DNA of 64,000 nucleotides from an uncultured Methanosarcinales archaeon (GTDB lineage Archaea; Nanobdellota; Nanobdellia; Woesearchaeales; GW2011-AR4). A model generated the notes under the pieces. The model worked only from the letters and a program-made list of their open reading frames with translations, was not told the origin of the DNA and made no database searches. A program made the position numbers and the translations under genes. The DNA lies in assembly GCA_964438385.1 (NCBI GenBank), contig CAYTKI010000002.1, forward strand, positions 2,219 through 66,218, read 5' to 3'. Positions 27,101 through 36,766 of the stretch are shown piece after piece (the first letter of the stretch is position 1; each line of letters opens with the position of its first letter).

Positions 27101-28207
27101 CTAATCAAACGATTTTCTCCCTTCCAATTGATTAAGAAGGTCCCTTCTGATGTTCTGCGCGGTGATCTCAAGCCCTGCGCCAGGCGCCTCAACCGTGTAG
27201 GGCTTTTCCCGAGGATAGGTCGTTGAGACCACGGTAATCTTATTTGTCGTCCCGCTCAAAACCCCCAAGGAGCCATCTTTTGTCACTTCCTTAAGCGCGA
27301 CTTTGAGCAAAGGGTTGCCGCCGATGATGTCCATGCTCGCGACATATCTCAGCGCGTGTCCTTTTTCTTTTGCGCGATCCGATAGCTCCGCATATTCGGA
27401 ATCAAGTTCCCTGATATTCTCCATGAATTTTGAGGCATCATCCTCATGCAGGTATTTTTCCGGGATGAACGGCTTGACAGATATATCATCCATGTTCACC
27501 CCATAGCCGGCAGTCCGCGCAAGGATCAAGAGCTTCCGTGCGACATCAAGCCCATTGAGATCGTCCCGGGGATGGGGCTCGGTATAGCCTTTCTCCTTTG
27601 CTTCGAGGATGATTTGGGAGAGTTTCCTTCCCTTCTCAAGCTCAGTGCAAATGAACCCCAAAGTCCCTGAGAAGCAGCCGGAGAGGGAAATGGGGGGATC
27701 ATTGACATCGCGCAGGTCCTGCAAAAGGCTCACCGCTTCAGCCCCTGCCATGACCGAACAGCGATAGCCATAGGATCTTACATTGTGGGTCAGTTTCTTG
27801 AAGGTGGAAAAATCGCTGAAAGCAAGAGGATTCTTGTTTGCAGTCACCATCCCAAGCATCTCTTCATCGCACACCCTGAGGTGGAAGTCTGTGAAAGTTG
27901 TCGCTGCCGTGACATCAACAAAGATGAGTTTTCTCTCAAACCCATACCCTGCTTCCTTTACTCGAACCAGGATATCATCCATGGAGCGGTATTCTTTTGG
28001 CGCGGCTTCCTTTTTTATGAACTGCAGGCACTCTTTTCTGGAGAGGCCATCTTTTGAGAAGAGGTAGTGGCGCTGGGAGGCAAGCCCGACAATCCGTGTT
28101 GGGTTCTTGCGGATCCGAAAATCCCCATCCTTTTTTTCCAGGATTTGCCTAACCAGGGTGCTGCCGACTTTTCCCGTGGCTCCTATGATGAAGATGTATT
28201 GGATCAT
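27101..28207 (-). CDS. hom: Homoserine dehydrogenase (ThrA/MetL-like catalytic domain, stand-alone)
   Basis: GATGKVG Rossmann motif, VTANKNP, GCFSGTLGFI, GYTEPHPRDDLNGLDVARKLLILAR. Confidence 0.88.
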   Translation of the reverse strand: MIQYIFIIGATGKVGSTLVRQILEKKDGDFRIRKNPTRIVGLASQRHYLFSKDGLSRKECLQFIKKEAAPKEYRSMDDILVRVKEAGYGFERKLIFVDVTAATTFTDFHLRVCDEEMLGMVTANKNPLAFSDFSTFKKLTHNVRSYGYRCSVMAGAEAVSLLQDLRDVNDPPISLSGCFSGTLGFICTELEKGRKLSQIILEAKEKGYTEPHPRDDLNGLDVARKLLILARTAGYGVNMDDISVKPFIPEKYLHEDDASKFMENIRELDSEYAELSDRAKEKGHALRYVASMDIIGGNPLLKVALKEVTKDGSLGVLSGTTNKITVVSTTYPREKPYTVEAPGAGLEITAQNIRRDLLNQLEGRKSFD

Positions 28208-28334
28208 TTCCTTTTCTTTTATGGAGTTGTTTAAATAAATTGCCAAGGCATCAGTTATTTTCTTATATTATGATACCACTTTAAAGTGATTATATTAGAA
28301 ATATATATAAAGCAAAAGGTAAAATCATAAGGTC

Positions 28335-29867
28335 ATGCTCAATTTAGGCAATGGTTGGGAATACAGTGTATTGGCCCCCGCAACAATCGCGAATCTGGGA
28401 CCATGTTTTGATGTTCTTGGAGTTGCGGTGAGCAATATTGAGGATGTTGGTTCATCTAGCTTGACTGTTCTGGGGGATGTAGTCCACATTAGGCCAGCAT
28501 CGCAAAGTCGGAGCCTTTTAACAATAACTAAAATCTATACTAAGGGAGAGGTAAATACTTCTCTCACAATGGATCCTAATCTAAATGTGGCAGGTAAAGC
28601 AGCTCTCGATGTTTTGTCAAATAACAATGGAAAAGTCCCATTAGAGATAATTTTGGAGAAAATGCCATTTTTTGGTTCTGGGATGGGGAGTTCGGCAGCA
28701 AGTGTTGTAGCTGGGGCTTATGCCACTCTAATGATGATGAAACAAATGGATAAGGCCTTAATCGCTGAAACGGTAGTGAGATGCGAAGTGGGGCAGCATC
28801 CTGATAATGTTCTGCCTGCTTTGTTTGGGGGATTTGTAGGTTCATATGGTATGGGTAATAGCAATCGAAGGTACCAATCATTAGTGGATGCTGAAATCCA
28901 GTCTTTAAAAGTTGCAGTGGAAATTGTTGGAAAAGTTGGACCTCTTGATGAGATTATCCAGGAGTTGGCAAAAATTGAATCGGGTGTGATAAGAAAGGTC
29001 TTAGAGATTTTTGAGGGGAAAGGAGAGAAACTAAGAAGGCTCAATAACCGGATGCAGAATTATAGCCTATTGATCCGAGATTTGACAGAAAGGGCACAAA
29101 GATATCTGTCGGGGTTTCAACAAGAATACTCCAAGATAAAAGAGGTGATTGATTATTTAGAGGGTCGGGCTAGTTCATTAAGAGAGGGCGGTTTTGAATA
29201 TTTTCCTTCAGTGATTGCAGAGCTTAAACGAAGGGGGATTAGGGAAATAGAAAGCGAGGTTCACCGAGCTCAATCACGGGAAGAAGGGAATATCAGGAGG
29301 GAAAGAAGGAATGAAAGGGATGCGCAAAATGGCCTGATGAGAGTCATGCAATATAAATTACAGAAAACATTGGATGGTTTTTCATCTCCGGTAGAAAAAT
29401 TGGATTATCACAGACTTCAAATATCAGAGTCAGTGTATGAGATGGTTCATTTCGTTCTTGTGAAGCCGGATACTTTTATCAGTACAGAGGAAGCGAGAAA
29501 AAGGATCAACAAATATCCTCCTCTTGGGGAGGTGGTTGCCAATTCTCAGAGTGGGATTAAGTTAGTGAGTTGTCTTTATGAAGGGGATATTAGGGGGTTT
29601 GGAGAGGCCACATGCCGGGATAAAATCGTAGAACCGGCAAGAGCCCCTCTCATATCGGGATATTACAATGTTAAAGAGGCAGCTTTAAGGGCTGGGGCGT
29701 ATGGGTTCAATATAAGCGGCTCAGGACCAACATGCTTTGCGGTAACTGATGATATTGAAAAAGCAAGGCATTTGGCGAGAGTAATGATGGATGAGTTTAG
29801 TAAAGTAGGTATGGGGAGTTCAGGGTATATTTGTAAAATTGATAGGGAAGGTGCAAGAAGGATTTAA
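28335..29867 (+). CDS. thrB: Homoserine kinase (GHMP) with a large helical insertion
   Basis: PATIANLGPCFDVLG, GSGMGSSAAS, HPDNVLPALFGG, STEEARK, ISGSGPT; about 180 extra residues between FGGF and VLVKP. Confidence 0.85.
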   Translation: MLNLGNGWEYSVLAPATIANLGPCFDVLGVAVSNIEDVGSSSLTVLGDVVHIRPASQSRSLLTITKIYTKGEVNTSLTMDPNLNVAGKAALDVLSNNNGKVPLEIILEKMPFFGSGMGSSAASVVAGAYATLMMMKQMDKALIAETVVRCEVGQHPDNVLPALFGGFVGSYGMGNSNRRYQSLVDAEIQSLKVAVEIVGKVGPLDEIIQELAKIESGVIRKVLEIFEGKGEKLRRLNNRMQNYSLLIRDLTERAQRYLSGFQQEYSKIKEVIDYLEGRASSLREGGFEYFPSVIAELKRRGIREIESEVHRAQSREEGNIRRERRNERDAQNGLMRVMQYKLQKTLDGFSSPVEKLDYHRLQISESVYEMVHFVLVKPDTFISTEEARKRINKYPPLGEVVANSQSGIKLVSCLYEGDIRGFGEATCRDKIVEPARAPLISGYYNVKEAALRAGAYGFNISGSGPTCFAVTDDIEKARHLARVMMDEFSKVGMGSSGYICKIDREGARRI

Positions 29868-29871
29868 AATA

Positions 29872-30753
29872 TTATTTTGTTAAAATTATGATCTCCTCAT
29901 CAATCAACACCGTGTGCTCCGCCTGCGCGACGACTCCTTTCTTCACTTCGACAAGCGGGGGAAACTGCTCAATCATGCCAAGCGATGCCAGTTCGCGCAG
30001 CGCGTAATTCGCCTTCACCCCAAAATCCCTAAAGAGCCATCTCCTGCAGAACGGCAACCCTTCATACGTCTCTATTTTTCGCAATACTTCCCTTGTGATT
30101 GGGTTTCTCACGGGTTTTTTCTTGGCCAGCATGAACACACTTGGGGCTCCTGACTCCTGGATCATCCCAAGCCCGTTTGTCGCAAAGGGCTCAATCGCGA
30201 CGATCTGGCCTTTTTTCAAGACTGTTTTGTCATGCGTATCGCAGTTGGGGATCGTTGGAGTGGTATGGATGTTGTAGAGGTCAATGCCATGGCCCGAGAG
30301 GTTGCGCACAGGGGAGAATCCATAGCCAGCGATGGTGTCCTGGATGATTTTCCCAATGTCGCCAAGCGCAGTGCCGACACCCACAATCTTCAGTGCTTCA
30401 GAAAGCGCCTGCTGCGCTGCCTCCACCACATCAGAGTATTTTCCGGACAGGTCAATCGTGTATGCGGTGTCCCCAATCGCTCCATCCACATGCACGCCTA
30501 GGTCAATAGAAACAAGCTGGTTTTCAAAAATGATTGTATCATCCCACTCAGGGCAGTAGTGCGCGGCGATATGGTCGCAGGAGATCTGGACAGGAAATGC
30601 CATTTTCCCCCCAAGCTCGAGTATCTTTTTCTCAATGAGCTCAACCGCCTCAAGGAGCGAATTGCCTTTCCGAATAAGCGACTTGCCATACTCCAATGCC
30701 TCAGCGCTGATCCTGCCTGCCTTGATGTAGCGCTGCTTGAGCTCTTCGTCCAT
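29872..30753 (-). CDS. map: Methionine aminopeptidase type II
   Basis: AAHY, IDLGVHVDG.IGDTA, LSGH, IEPF, AEHTV. Confidence 0.96.
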   Translation of the reverse strand: MDEELKQRYIKAGRISAEALEYGKSLIRKGNSLLEAVELIEKKILELGGKMAFPVQISCDHIAAHYCPEWDDTIIFENQLVSIDLGVHVDGAIGDTAYTIDLSGKYSDVVEAAQQALSEALKIVGVGTALGDIGKIIQDTIAGYGFSPVRNLSGHGIDLYNIHTTPTIPNCDTHDKTVLKKGQIVAIEPFATNGLGMIQESGAPSVFMLAKKKPVRNPITREVLRKIETYEGLPFCRRWLFRDFGVKANYALRELASLGMIEQFPPLVEVKKGVVAQAEHTVLIDEEIIILTK

Positions 30754-30879
30754 GGGAGGAGGGACGGAAAGTAGTTTAAAAATATATCCAGGTCATGGGC
30801 CAAAATTCAAATCCTAAAGAGATTTAATAATAAGTAATCCCCAAGTAGTATCAAACCTTTATATACGCAAGGGGCCCCA

Positions 30880-32679
30880 ATGTCCCGCATGGCAAAACAT
30901 GATGCGCAGATGCTCTTTGAGTGCTCCTGGGAAGTGTGCAACAAGGTTGGGGGAATCTATACGGTTGTAGTTTCAAAAGCCGCGCAAATCAATGCTGCCT
31001 ATGGTGGCGAGTATATCGCCATCGGCCCGTATTTCCACAACAATACCATCGGACAGTTCCAGGAGGAAATCGCTCCCCCCCAGATGAAAAAAGCGTTTGA
31101 TGCGCTGAAAGAAAAAGGCATTGTCTGCCATTATGGCACCTGGCTTATCGAAGGGATGCCAAAAGCAATCCTACTTGACACCGCTGGCTTTGGGTATACG
31201 CTTAATGACATCAAAAAGCGGCTCTGGGAGTGGCACAAGGTGGATTCCCTCAATGCCCCAGCAGACTACAATGAGCCAGTATTGTGGAGCTACGCGTCAG
31301 GGATGCTCATTGAGCTATTGGCAAAAGAATCCCCCTCCAAAAAAATAGCCGCGCAGTTCCATGAATGGCTCTCAGGGGCAGGGCTATTATACTTGAAGCG
31401 CATGTCTCCGGCCATTGGCACCATATTCACCACCCACGCGACTGTTCTTGGGAGATCTCTTGCGAATTCAGAATTTCCGCTCTACGAAATGCTGGAAAAA
31501 ATCAAGCCGGATGAGGAATGCTACAAGCATCATGTGGAATCAAAGCACTTCATTGAGAAGGCATCTGCCAAAAATGCCGACTGCTTCACAACCGTAAGCG
31601 AAATCACCGGCATGGAAGCTGAGCACTTACTGGGAAAAAAGCCGGAGGTCCTCCTGCCCAACGGGCTTGATTTAGGGAAATTTCCCATCTTTGAGGAGAT
31701 TCTGCTCAAGCACCGCACCCAAAGGGATAGGATAAGCGAGTTCTGCCTTGCCTATTTCTTCCCCTACTACCAGTTTGACCTGAAAAACACACTCTATTTC
31801 TTCACCGCATCGCGTTATGAGTTCCGAGCTAAGGGGATTGATTTGTTTATTGAGGCATTGGGAATCCTTAACACAAAATTCAAGGGGGAGAAGTCAAGCC
31901 AAACCATTGTCGCGTTCCTCTGGGTTCCAACGGGCATACGAAACATCAGGCCTGAGCTCATCGAGAACAAAACATACTTTTCAGACATCAGGGATTTTTT
32001 CAATGAGAGCAAGGAGGACATCGAGAAGAATCTGCTCTATGCATTGGTGGATGGAAAGGGCGCATCGCAGGATCGGATATTGGGGGAAGAATTCCAGCGG
32101 GAGATGCGGAAAAAATTGGCCCACTTCAAAAAGAAAGGCACTCCCCCGATCATGACCCATGACGTGTCTGACAGTAATGATGTGATAGTGCGCTCAATCA
32201 AAAGCGCGGGCCTTCTCAACCGAGAGGAAGATCGCGTGAAAGTCATCTATTATCCCATCTACCTTGACGGGGCAGACGGGCTGCTTGATTTGGATTACTA
32301 CGAAGCCATGCAGGGCTCCCATTTGGGCGTTTTTCCGTCATATTATGAGCCGTGGGGCTATACTCCTCTGGAAGCGGGCGCCTTGGGAGTTCCTGCAATC
32401 ACAACTGATCTCTCCGGCTTTGGGAGGTATTTTTGCAGAGGTTGCAGCCAAAGCGAGTACCCCGGAATCTACATTGTGAATCGGCTTGGGAAAAAATATG
32501 AGCAGGCGCGTGAGCAGCTAGCGGAACTCCTCCACCAGTTTGCCCTTCTCCCAAGGGAAGCGCGCACCAAGAACAAGCTCGAGGCGCGAAGGGTCGCAGG
32601 CACTGTGGACTGGGTGATGCTCGTAGAGAACTATCTTGATGCGCACAATGTCGCGATGAAGAAGGCGATGTCAAGATAA
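30880..32679 (+). CDS. Glycogen synthase, GT3 family
   Basis: WEVCNKVGGIYTV, FHEWLSG, FTTHATVLGR, RYEF..KG, PSYYEPWGYTPLE. Confidence 0.9.
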   Translation: MSRMAKHDAQMLFECSWEVCNKVGGIYTVVVSKAAQINAAYGGEYIAIGPYFHNNTIGQFQEEIAPPQMKKAFDALKEKGIVCHYGTWLIEGMPKAILLDTAGFGYTLNDIKKRLWEWHKVDSLNAPADYNEPVLWSYASGMLIELLAKESPSKKIAAQFHEWLSGAGLLYLKRMSPAIGTIFTTHATVLGRSLANSEFPLYEMLEKIKPDEECYKHHVESKHFIEKASAKNADCFTTVSEITGMEAEHLLGKKPEVLLPNGLDLGKFPIFEEILLKHRTQRDRISEFCLAYFFPYYQFDLKNTLYFFTASRYEFRAKGIDLFIEALGILNTKFKGEKSSQTIVAFLWVPTGIRNIRPELIENKTYFSDIRDFFNESKEDIEKNLLYALVDGKGASQDRILGEEFQREMRKKLAHFKKKGTPPIMTHDVSDSNDVIVRSIKSAGLLNREEDRVKVIYYPIYLDGADGLLDLDYYEAMQGSHLGVFPSYYEPWGYTPLEAGALGVPAITTDLSGFGRYFCRGCSQSEYPGIYIVNRLGKKYEQAREQLAELLHQFALLPREARTKNKLEARRVAGTVDWVMLVENYLDAHNVAMKKAMSR

Positions 32680-32885
32680 ATAGATGAGGCACTTTTTCCA
32701 AAATCATTGTTTTCCATTTTCAGTTATTTTATTTTTAATGGCAATTCAATGGTAATATGGAGAGTGGAATACTGATCTGGGAGGGTAGTATCTGTGCGCG
32801 CGTGATGTGGAACGAACGCCCTCCACTCACCCCTGATGCGCCAAGTGCATGCGCACATTACACGATGTGTTAAGGAATAGCAGCC

Positions 32886-34697
32886 ATGGAAATCATCCAC
32901 TCATTTAGGCAATGGTCAGCAAGGAAAAATGCCAAGGGCAGCGTGCAGGTCCTCCAAACAAACCGCAATGGAAGCTACTTTCTCTGGGAGGATGATCCGG
33001 CAACACGGTACAGCGGCTTGTTTTGGTACGATTCAGAGAATAAAAAAATGTTTAAAATTATTGAACATATTAAGCTAAAAAATTCTAAAAATAGTATAAA
33101 AATAGTGAACAATATATTCATGGTGAAAAAGCATTCAAGGGAAAATGGGGAAACGGTATTCATGCCCTCGGAATCTCCAACGCTGTGCTATGCGCTTGAT
33201 AAGCCAGATGAGATTGAGCTGTTCCTTGATGTGAAAGAATCCTATGATAATCGCGAATGGGGCCGCGGCTATCGCATGTGGGAAGAGGAAGAATGCCTTA
33301 TCATAAAATTCACAAAGAAAACAGATGATCGGGAAGATGGCAGTAGTGGCCAGGAGGAGTATTCCCTCTTTCTTGCCATTGCAGGGCATAATGGCTTCAC
33401 CAAAAAGTTGGAATGGGTGCAGCGCGAATACGCCTCAGATAAGGAGAGGAACTCTCCCCCGTTTGCTCGCTATGTCCTCAAAGCATGCTCATTGAAAGGG
33501 AAGCGTTATGTATTCTCTGTCGCGAAAAGTAAGGATACTGCCAAAAAGGAAGCTCTTGCTATTCTCAAAAAATCCTCCGCGCTGCAAAAAAAAGAGGAAG
33601 TGTACCTTGCCACCCTCAAAAAGCAGAAAATCGTTGCCCGGGTGCTAAAATCCCTTCTTACAAAGGAAACAAAAATGGCGTTCCTCGCGGCCATCTCTTC
33701 CCTCGATAAGCTCATTGTCCATGGCAGGGATGCGCACAATGTGTGTGCGGGATTGCCCTGGTTTTTCCAGTTCTGGCCGCGCGATTCCTTGGTTTCACTG
33801 AAGGCACTGGGCATCATCCATCCGAAACTAGCAAAAGATATTCTGACAAGCTACCTTGGCAAAGTCCAAGATGATGGTCGGATCCAGAATATTTCCAGTT
33901 CCTCGCTCGCAAGCGCAGATGCCGTTGGCTGGCTCTTCCTGCGCGCAGGGGAGATAATTCCAAATGAGCTGCTTCTCAAGCGTGCAGTGGCCGCGGCAGT
34001 AGAGGACTTGTCCAATCACCATACTCAAGGAGGGCTAATCGTCAACGGGCCAAAAGAGACATGGATGGATACCCAGTATGGCAATGATGGCAGGCAAGGG
34101 GCACGAATCGAGATCCAGGCATTGCAGCTCTCGCTTCTCCGTGCTGCGCATCAGATCACGGGAAATGGCAAATACGCTCTCAAAGAGCAGGCGATGAAAA
34201 AAAAGGTGAGGGAGACCTTCTGGAATGGCAAATCCCTAGCGGATGGGTTGGATGACCCAACCATTCGCCCAAACATCTTTATTGCTGCATATGCCTATCC
34301 TGATCTTCTCTCGAAGAAAGAATGGGAAACCTGCTTTGAAAATGCGCTTCCAAAGCTCTGGCTCAGGTGGGGCGGCCTTTCCACTATTGATGTTTCACAT
34401 CCGCTGTTTAAAAAAGAGCACACTGGGCAGGACAACGCAAGCTACCACAATGGTGATTCCTGGTTTTGGGTGAATAATCTCGCTGCAATGATTCTCCAAA
34501 AAACCAATCCGCAGAAATTCAGGATATACATTGAAAAGATTGTCTTGGCATCAACCCAGGAGATCCTCTGGCAGGGCGCGATTGGGTGTCATGCGGAGCT
34601 CTCATCCGCATCGTCATTGAAAAGCCAGGGCTGCCTCTCCCAGGCATGGAGCAGCGCGATGTTTGTGGAGATGGTGGTGGAGTTATGTAAGGAGTAG
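32886..34697 (+). CDS. Amylo-alpha-1,6-glucosidase (glycogen debranching, GDE_C)
   Basis: AGLPWFFQFWPRD, TWMDT, IRPN, YHNGDSW, QAWS. Confidence 0.88.
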   Translation: MEIIHSFRQWSARKNAKGSVQVLQTNRNGSYFLWEDDPATRYSGLFWYDSENKKMFKIIEHIKLKNSKNSIKIVNNIFMVKKHSRENGETVFMPSESPTLCYALDKPDEIELFLDVKESYDNREWGRGYRMWEEEECLIIKFTKKTDDREDGSSGQEEYSLFLAIAGHNGFTKKLEWVQREYASDKERNSPPFARYVLKACSLKGKRYVFSVAKSKDTAKKEALAILKKSSALQKKEEVYLATLKKQKIVARVLKSLLTKETKMAFLAAISSLDKLIVHGRDAHNVCAGLPWFFQFWPRDSLVSLKALGIIHPKLAKDILTSYLGKVQDDGRIQNISSSSLASADAVGWLFLRAGEIIPNELLLKRAVAAAVEDLSNHHTQGGLIVNGPKETWMDTQYGNDGRQGARIEIQALQLSLLRAAHQITGNGKYALKEQAMKKKVRETFWNGKSLADGLDDPTIRPNIFIAAYAYPDLLSKKEWETCFENALPKLWLRWGGLSTIDVSHPLFKKEHTGQDNASYHNGDSWFWVNNLAAMILQKTNPQKFRIYIEKIVLASTQEILWQGAIGCHAELSSASSLKSQGCLSQAWSSAMFVEMVVELCKE

Positions 34698-34800
34698 TTC
34701 TCGTATTTCTAATCTCCGCTTATTGAGGTGTCGCCGTATTGAGTTTTGGAGATTAAATTTGAATAGTTATCGTAGAAAGATAGCTATCTATGTTTTAAGA

Positions 34801-35214
34801 TTATTTAGCGCATAGTCTCAAAAATGTGGAGGGGTCAATTATTGGGATGCTTTCAAAGTCCTTGAGATTTAGCAAGTGCTTGTTGTCCCCTGTGACGATA
34901 TAGTCTGCTTTGCCAGAAATTGCGCACTCTAGGTACATATTGTCTGATGGGTCTTCTTTGATGAAATCTACCCTATGAGTGACTTCGACCATTATGGCTA
35001 TCTCCATCAGAATAGAAACGAATCTGGCTTTTTGCTCTTCTGTAAAATTGAATTTGGGATAATTTATGACCCTTAAGAGTTCTTCCAATTGTTTGGCTGA
35101 GACCAAAAGTTCAAATTCCCCATCGACAATTTTTTGAAAGATCTTCCTTGCTTTGCCGTCCCATCCCAAAGCAGAAACTAGTACATTAGTGTCCAGCACT
35201 AACCTCTTGCCCAT
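34801..35214 (-). CDS. PIN-domain (VapC-like) toxin, module 2
   Basis: VLDTNVLVSA, DPSDNMYLECA, YIVTGD. Confidence 0.9.
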   Translation of the reverse strand: MGKRLVLDTNVLVSALGWDGKARKIFQKIVDGEFELLVSAKQLEELLRVINYPKFNFTEEQKARFVSILMEIAIMVEVTHRVDFIKEDPSDNMYLECAISGKADYIVTGDNKHLLNLKDFESIPIIDPSTFLRLCAK

Positions 35215-35459
35215 TTAACTGCCTCATTGACATCCTTTTCGGTTATTTGGGCCTTGCGGAACTGTTTTTCCACTTCTTTGGCCAAGGCGGTGAATTCCTC
35301 TCTGACATTAGGCATCTTAATTTTTTTGAACAAAACTCCGCCTTTAACATGGAAAGGCACAAAACGATCCGTGGGCTTAAATCCTTCCATCTCCCTAATT
35401 TCTTTGGGAACCACAAGCTGCCCTTTAGGGGACATTTTCACAAGTTCTAAATCTTCCAT
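35199..35459 (-). CDS. AbrB/MazE-family antitoxin, module 2
   Basis: KMSPKGQLVVPKEIR; AGGTGA RBS; overlaps the PIN gene. Confidence 0.88.
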   Translation of the reverse strand: MEDLELVKMSPKGQLVVPKEIREMEGFKPTDRFVPFHVKGGVLFKKIKMPNVREEFTALAKEVEKQFRKAQITEKDVNEAVKWARG

Positions 35460-35470
35460 TGGGATCACCT

Positions 35471-35495
35471 AGTTTAACAGTTTAACTGTTAAACT
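35471..35495. promoter_or_regulatory. Palindromic operator of TA module 2
   Basis: Perfect inverted repeat AGTTTAACAG-N5-CTGTTAAACT between the TATA box and the RBS. Confidence 0.7.
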
Positions 35496-35496
35496 A

Positions 35497-35566
35497 TATA
35501 AATTTTCCTATTAAAAAAGGGCCTGCACATCCGGGATAGTACAGCCGCGGGTGCCGCCATTATCCG
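35497..35566 (-). repeat. ~70-bp direct repeat, copy 1 (includes BRE/TATA)
   Basis: About 90% identical to 36296-36366 by manual alignment (7 differences). Confidence 0.9.
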
Positions 35567-35599
35567 AAACCTCCTGCGCGAGAGGTTGTCGTAGTGACT

Positions 35600-36001
35600 T
35601 TAAGGGTTTACTTCCCGTAAGAATTCTGCTGGCCTGAGTATCTTGATGCCCTTATACGCCTTCAGCTTGAGTAAGTGATTATCCTGCGTCACTATGTATC
35701 GGCTGTTACTGGTGATTGCGCATTCCAGTATCCGATCATCAGTCGGGTCGTCCTTGATGATTTCTATGCGTATTTTTGGCTCCACTATTTTGGCAAAGGA
35801 GAAGGGGTCTATCATTGCCGTGATCTCTTCCTTGCTTCTTCCAAAGTCCCTTGCGAGCACTCTTCTGATCTCGGTGAGGATATGAGAAGAGGCGAATACC
35901 TCAACTTCCCCTTCCACGGCCAAGTTTACAACCAGATAAGGATCTCCCTTCCAAAAAATCGAGGAGATGTATATATTGGTGTCAAAAACAACCCTATCCA
36001 C
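35600..36001 (-). CDS. PIN-domain (VapC-like) toxin, module 1
   Basis: VFDTNIYISS, DPTDDRILECA, YIVTQD. Confidence 0.9.
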   Translation of the reverse strand: MDRVVFDTNIYISSIFWKGDPYLVVNLAVEGEVEVFASSHILTEIRRVLARDFGRSKEEITAMIDPFSFAKIVEPKIRIEIIKDDPTDDRILECAITSNSRYIVTQDNHLLKLKAYKGIKILRPAEFLREVNP

Positions 36002-36260
36002 TCTTTACGCCCCTGCCTTTGTGGATAATCTTCATGACATCCGTTTGCTTCCAGCCTTTCTCTTTTGCAAGTTTCACTCCCCATGCATGGATTTTATCAA
36101 AAGTCTCCTTTGCGGAAGGCACGTCCACTTTCTTGAGCACGATAGTGTCTTCCCTTCCAAAAATGACAAAGCTTGTCCCCGTCATTAAGGATAGCTGATC
36201 TCTTAGCTCCTTCGGAACCACTATTTGTCCTTTTGAAGACATGGTTATGATTTCACTCAT
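35994..36260 (-). CDS. AbrB/MazE-family antitoxin, module 1
   Basis: TMSSKGQIVVPKELR; GGTGA RBS before ATG 36260. Confidence 0.88.
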   Translation of the reverse strand: MSEIITMSSKGQIVVPKELRDQLSLMTGTSFVIFGREDTIVLKKVDVPSAKETFDKIHAWGVKLAKEKGWKQTDVMKIIHKGRGVKSG

Positions 36261-36277
36261 GGGTATCACCAGTAAGC

Positions 36278-36296
36278 AAGTAAGCATAGCTTACTT
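36278..36296. promoter_or_regulatory. Palindromic operator of TA module 1
   Basis: AAGTAAGC-ATA-GCTTACTT, plus an extra AGTAAGC half-site at 36271-36277. Confidence 0.65.
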
Positions 36297-36366
36297 ATAA
36301 ATCTTCCTATGGAAAAAGGGCCTGCACATCCGGGATATTGCAGCCGCGGGAAGCCGCCATTATCCG
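36296..36366 (-). repeat. ~70-bp direct repeat, copy 2
   Basis: Matches 35497-35566. Confidence 0.9.
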
Positions 36367-36758
36367 TATCAACTTGCCCGACCAGCGCGCCGTCTTGATA
36401 AATATATTCTTCAGTATAATTTCCAGAAGAATTCTCAATCACTAAATATTCATTTGAGATGTAGTAGATGGTGTAGTTCTTAGTGCCGTTGTGATAGACA
36501 TCTTTGATTAAAATCCGTTCTTCAACAGGATGCCAGGTGTACTCTTCCAAAACGGGCCCCGTGCTAAGGTTGCCGCTCCTGATTCTTATGAGTTGGTTTA
36601 ATTCATTATACTCCCAATAATAGGAATTGCCCGTTATAAGATTTCCGCCCCCGCCGACCTGGGAGATTAAGTTTCCAGCCGCATCGTAGGCGTAGTTCCA
36701 CGTCCCAGATCAGGGTCTTTGAGACGAATCTTGCGCCCAGAGAATCATAAGTAAAAAA
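36367..36758 (-). pseudogene. RHS/YD-repeat protein fragment
   Basis: Restoring one G at about 36735 and one at about 36703 gives TYDSLGRKIRLKDPDLGTWNYAYDAAGNLISQ...YNELNQL...YIYQDGALVGQVDTD. There is no start, and the fragment is cut off at the repeat. Confidence 0.8.
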
Positions 36759-36766
36759 AGAGCTGG

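Noticed and set aside
28848-29390. Possible intein in thrB
   Set aside because: No C-terminal His-Asn before Cys/Ser/Thr, and no HINT or LAGLIDADG motifs.
35497-35566. Repeat as a fragment of tRNA, 5S, SRP or RNase P RNA
   Set aside because: No T-loop or other diagnostic motif is recognisable on either strand.
36266-36550. 94-aa ORF as an intact gene
   Set aside because: It is the tail of the RHS relic reading through the repeat into the antitoxin promoter.
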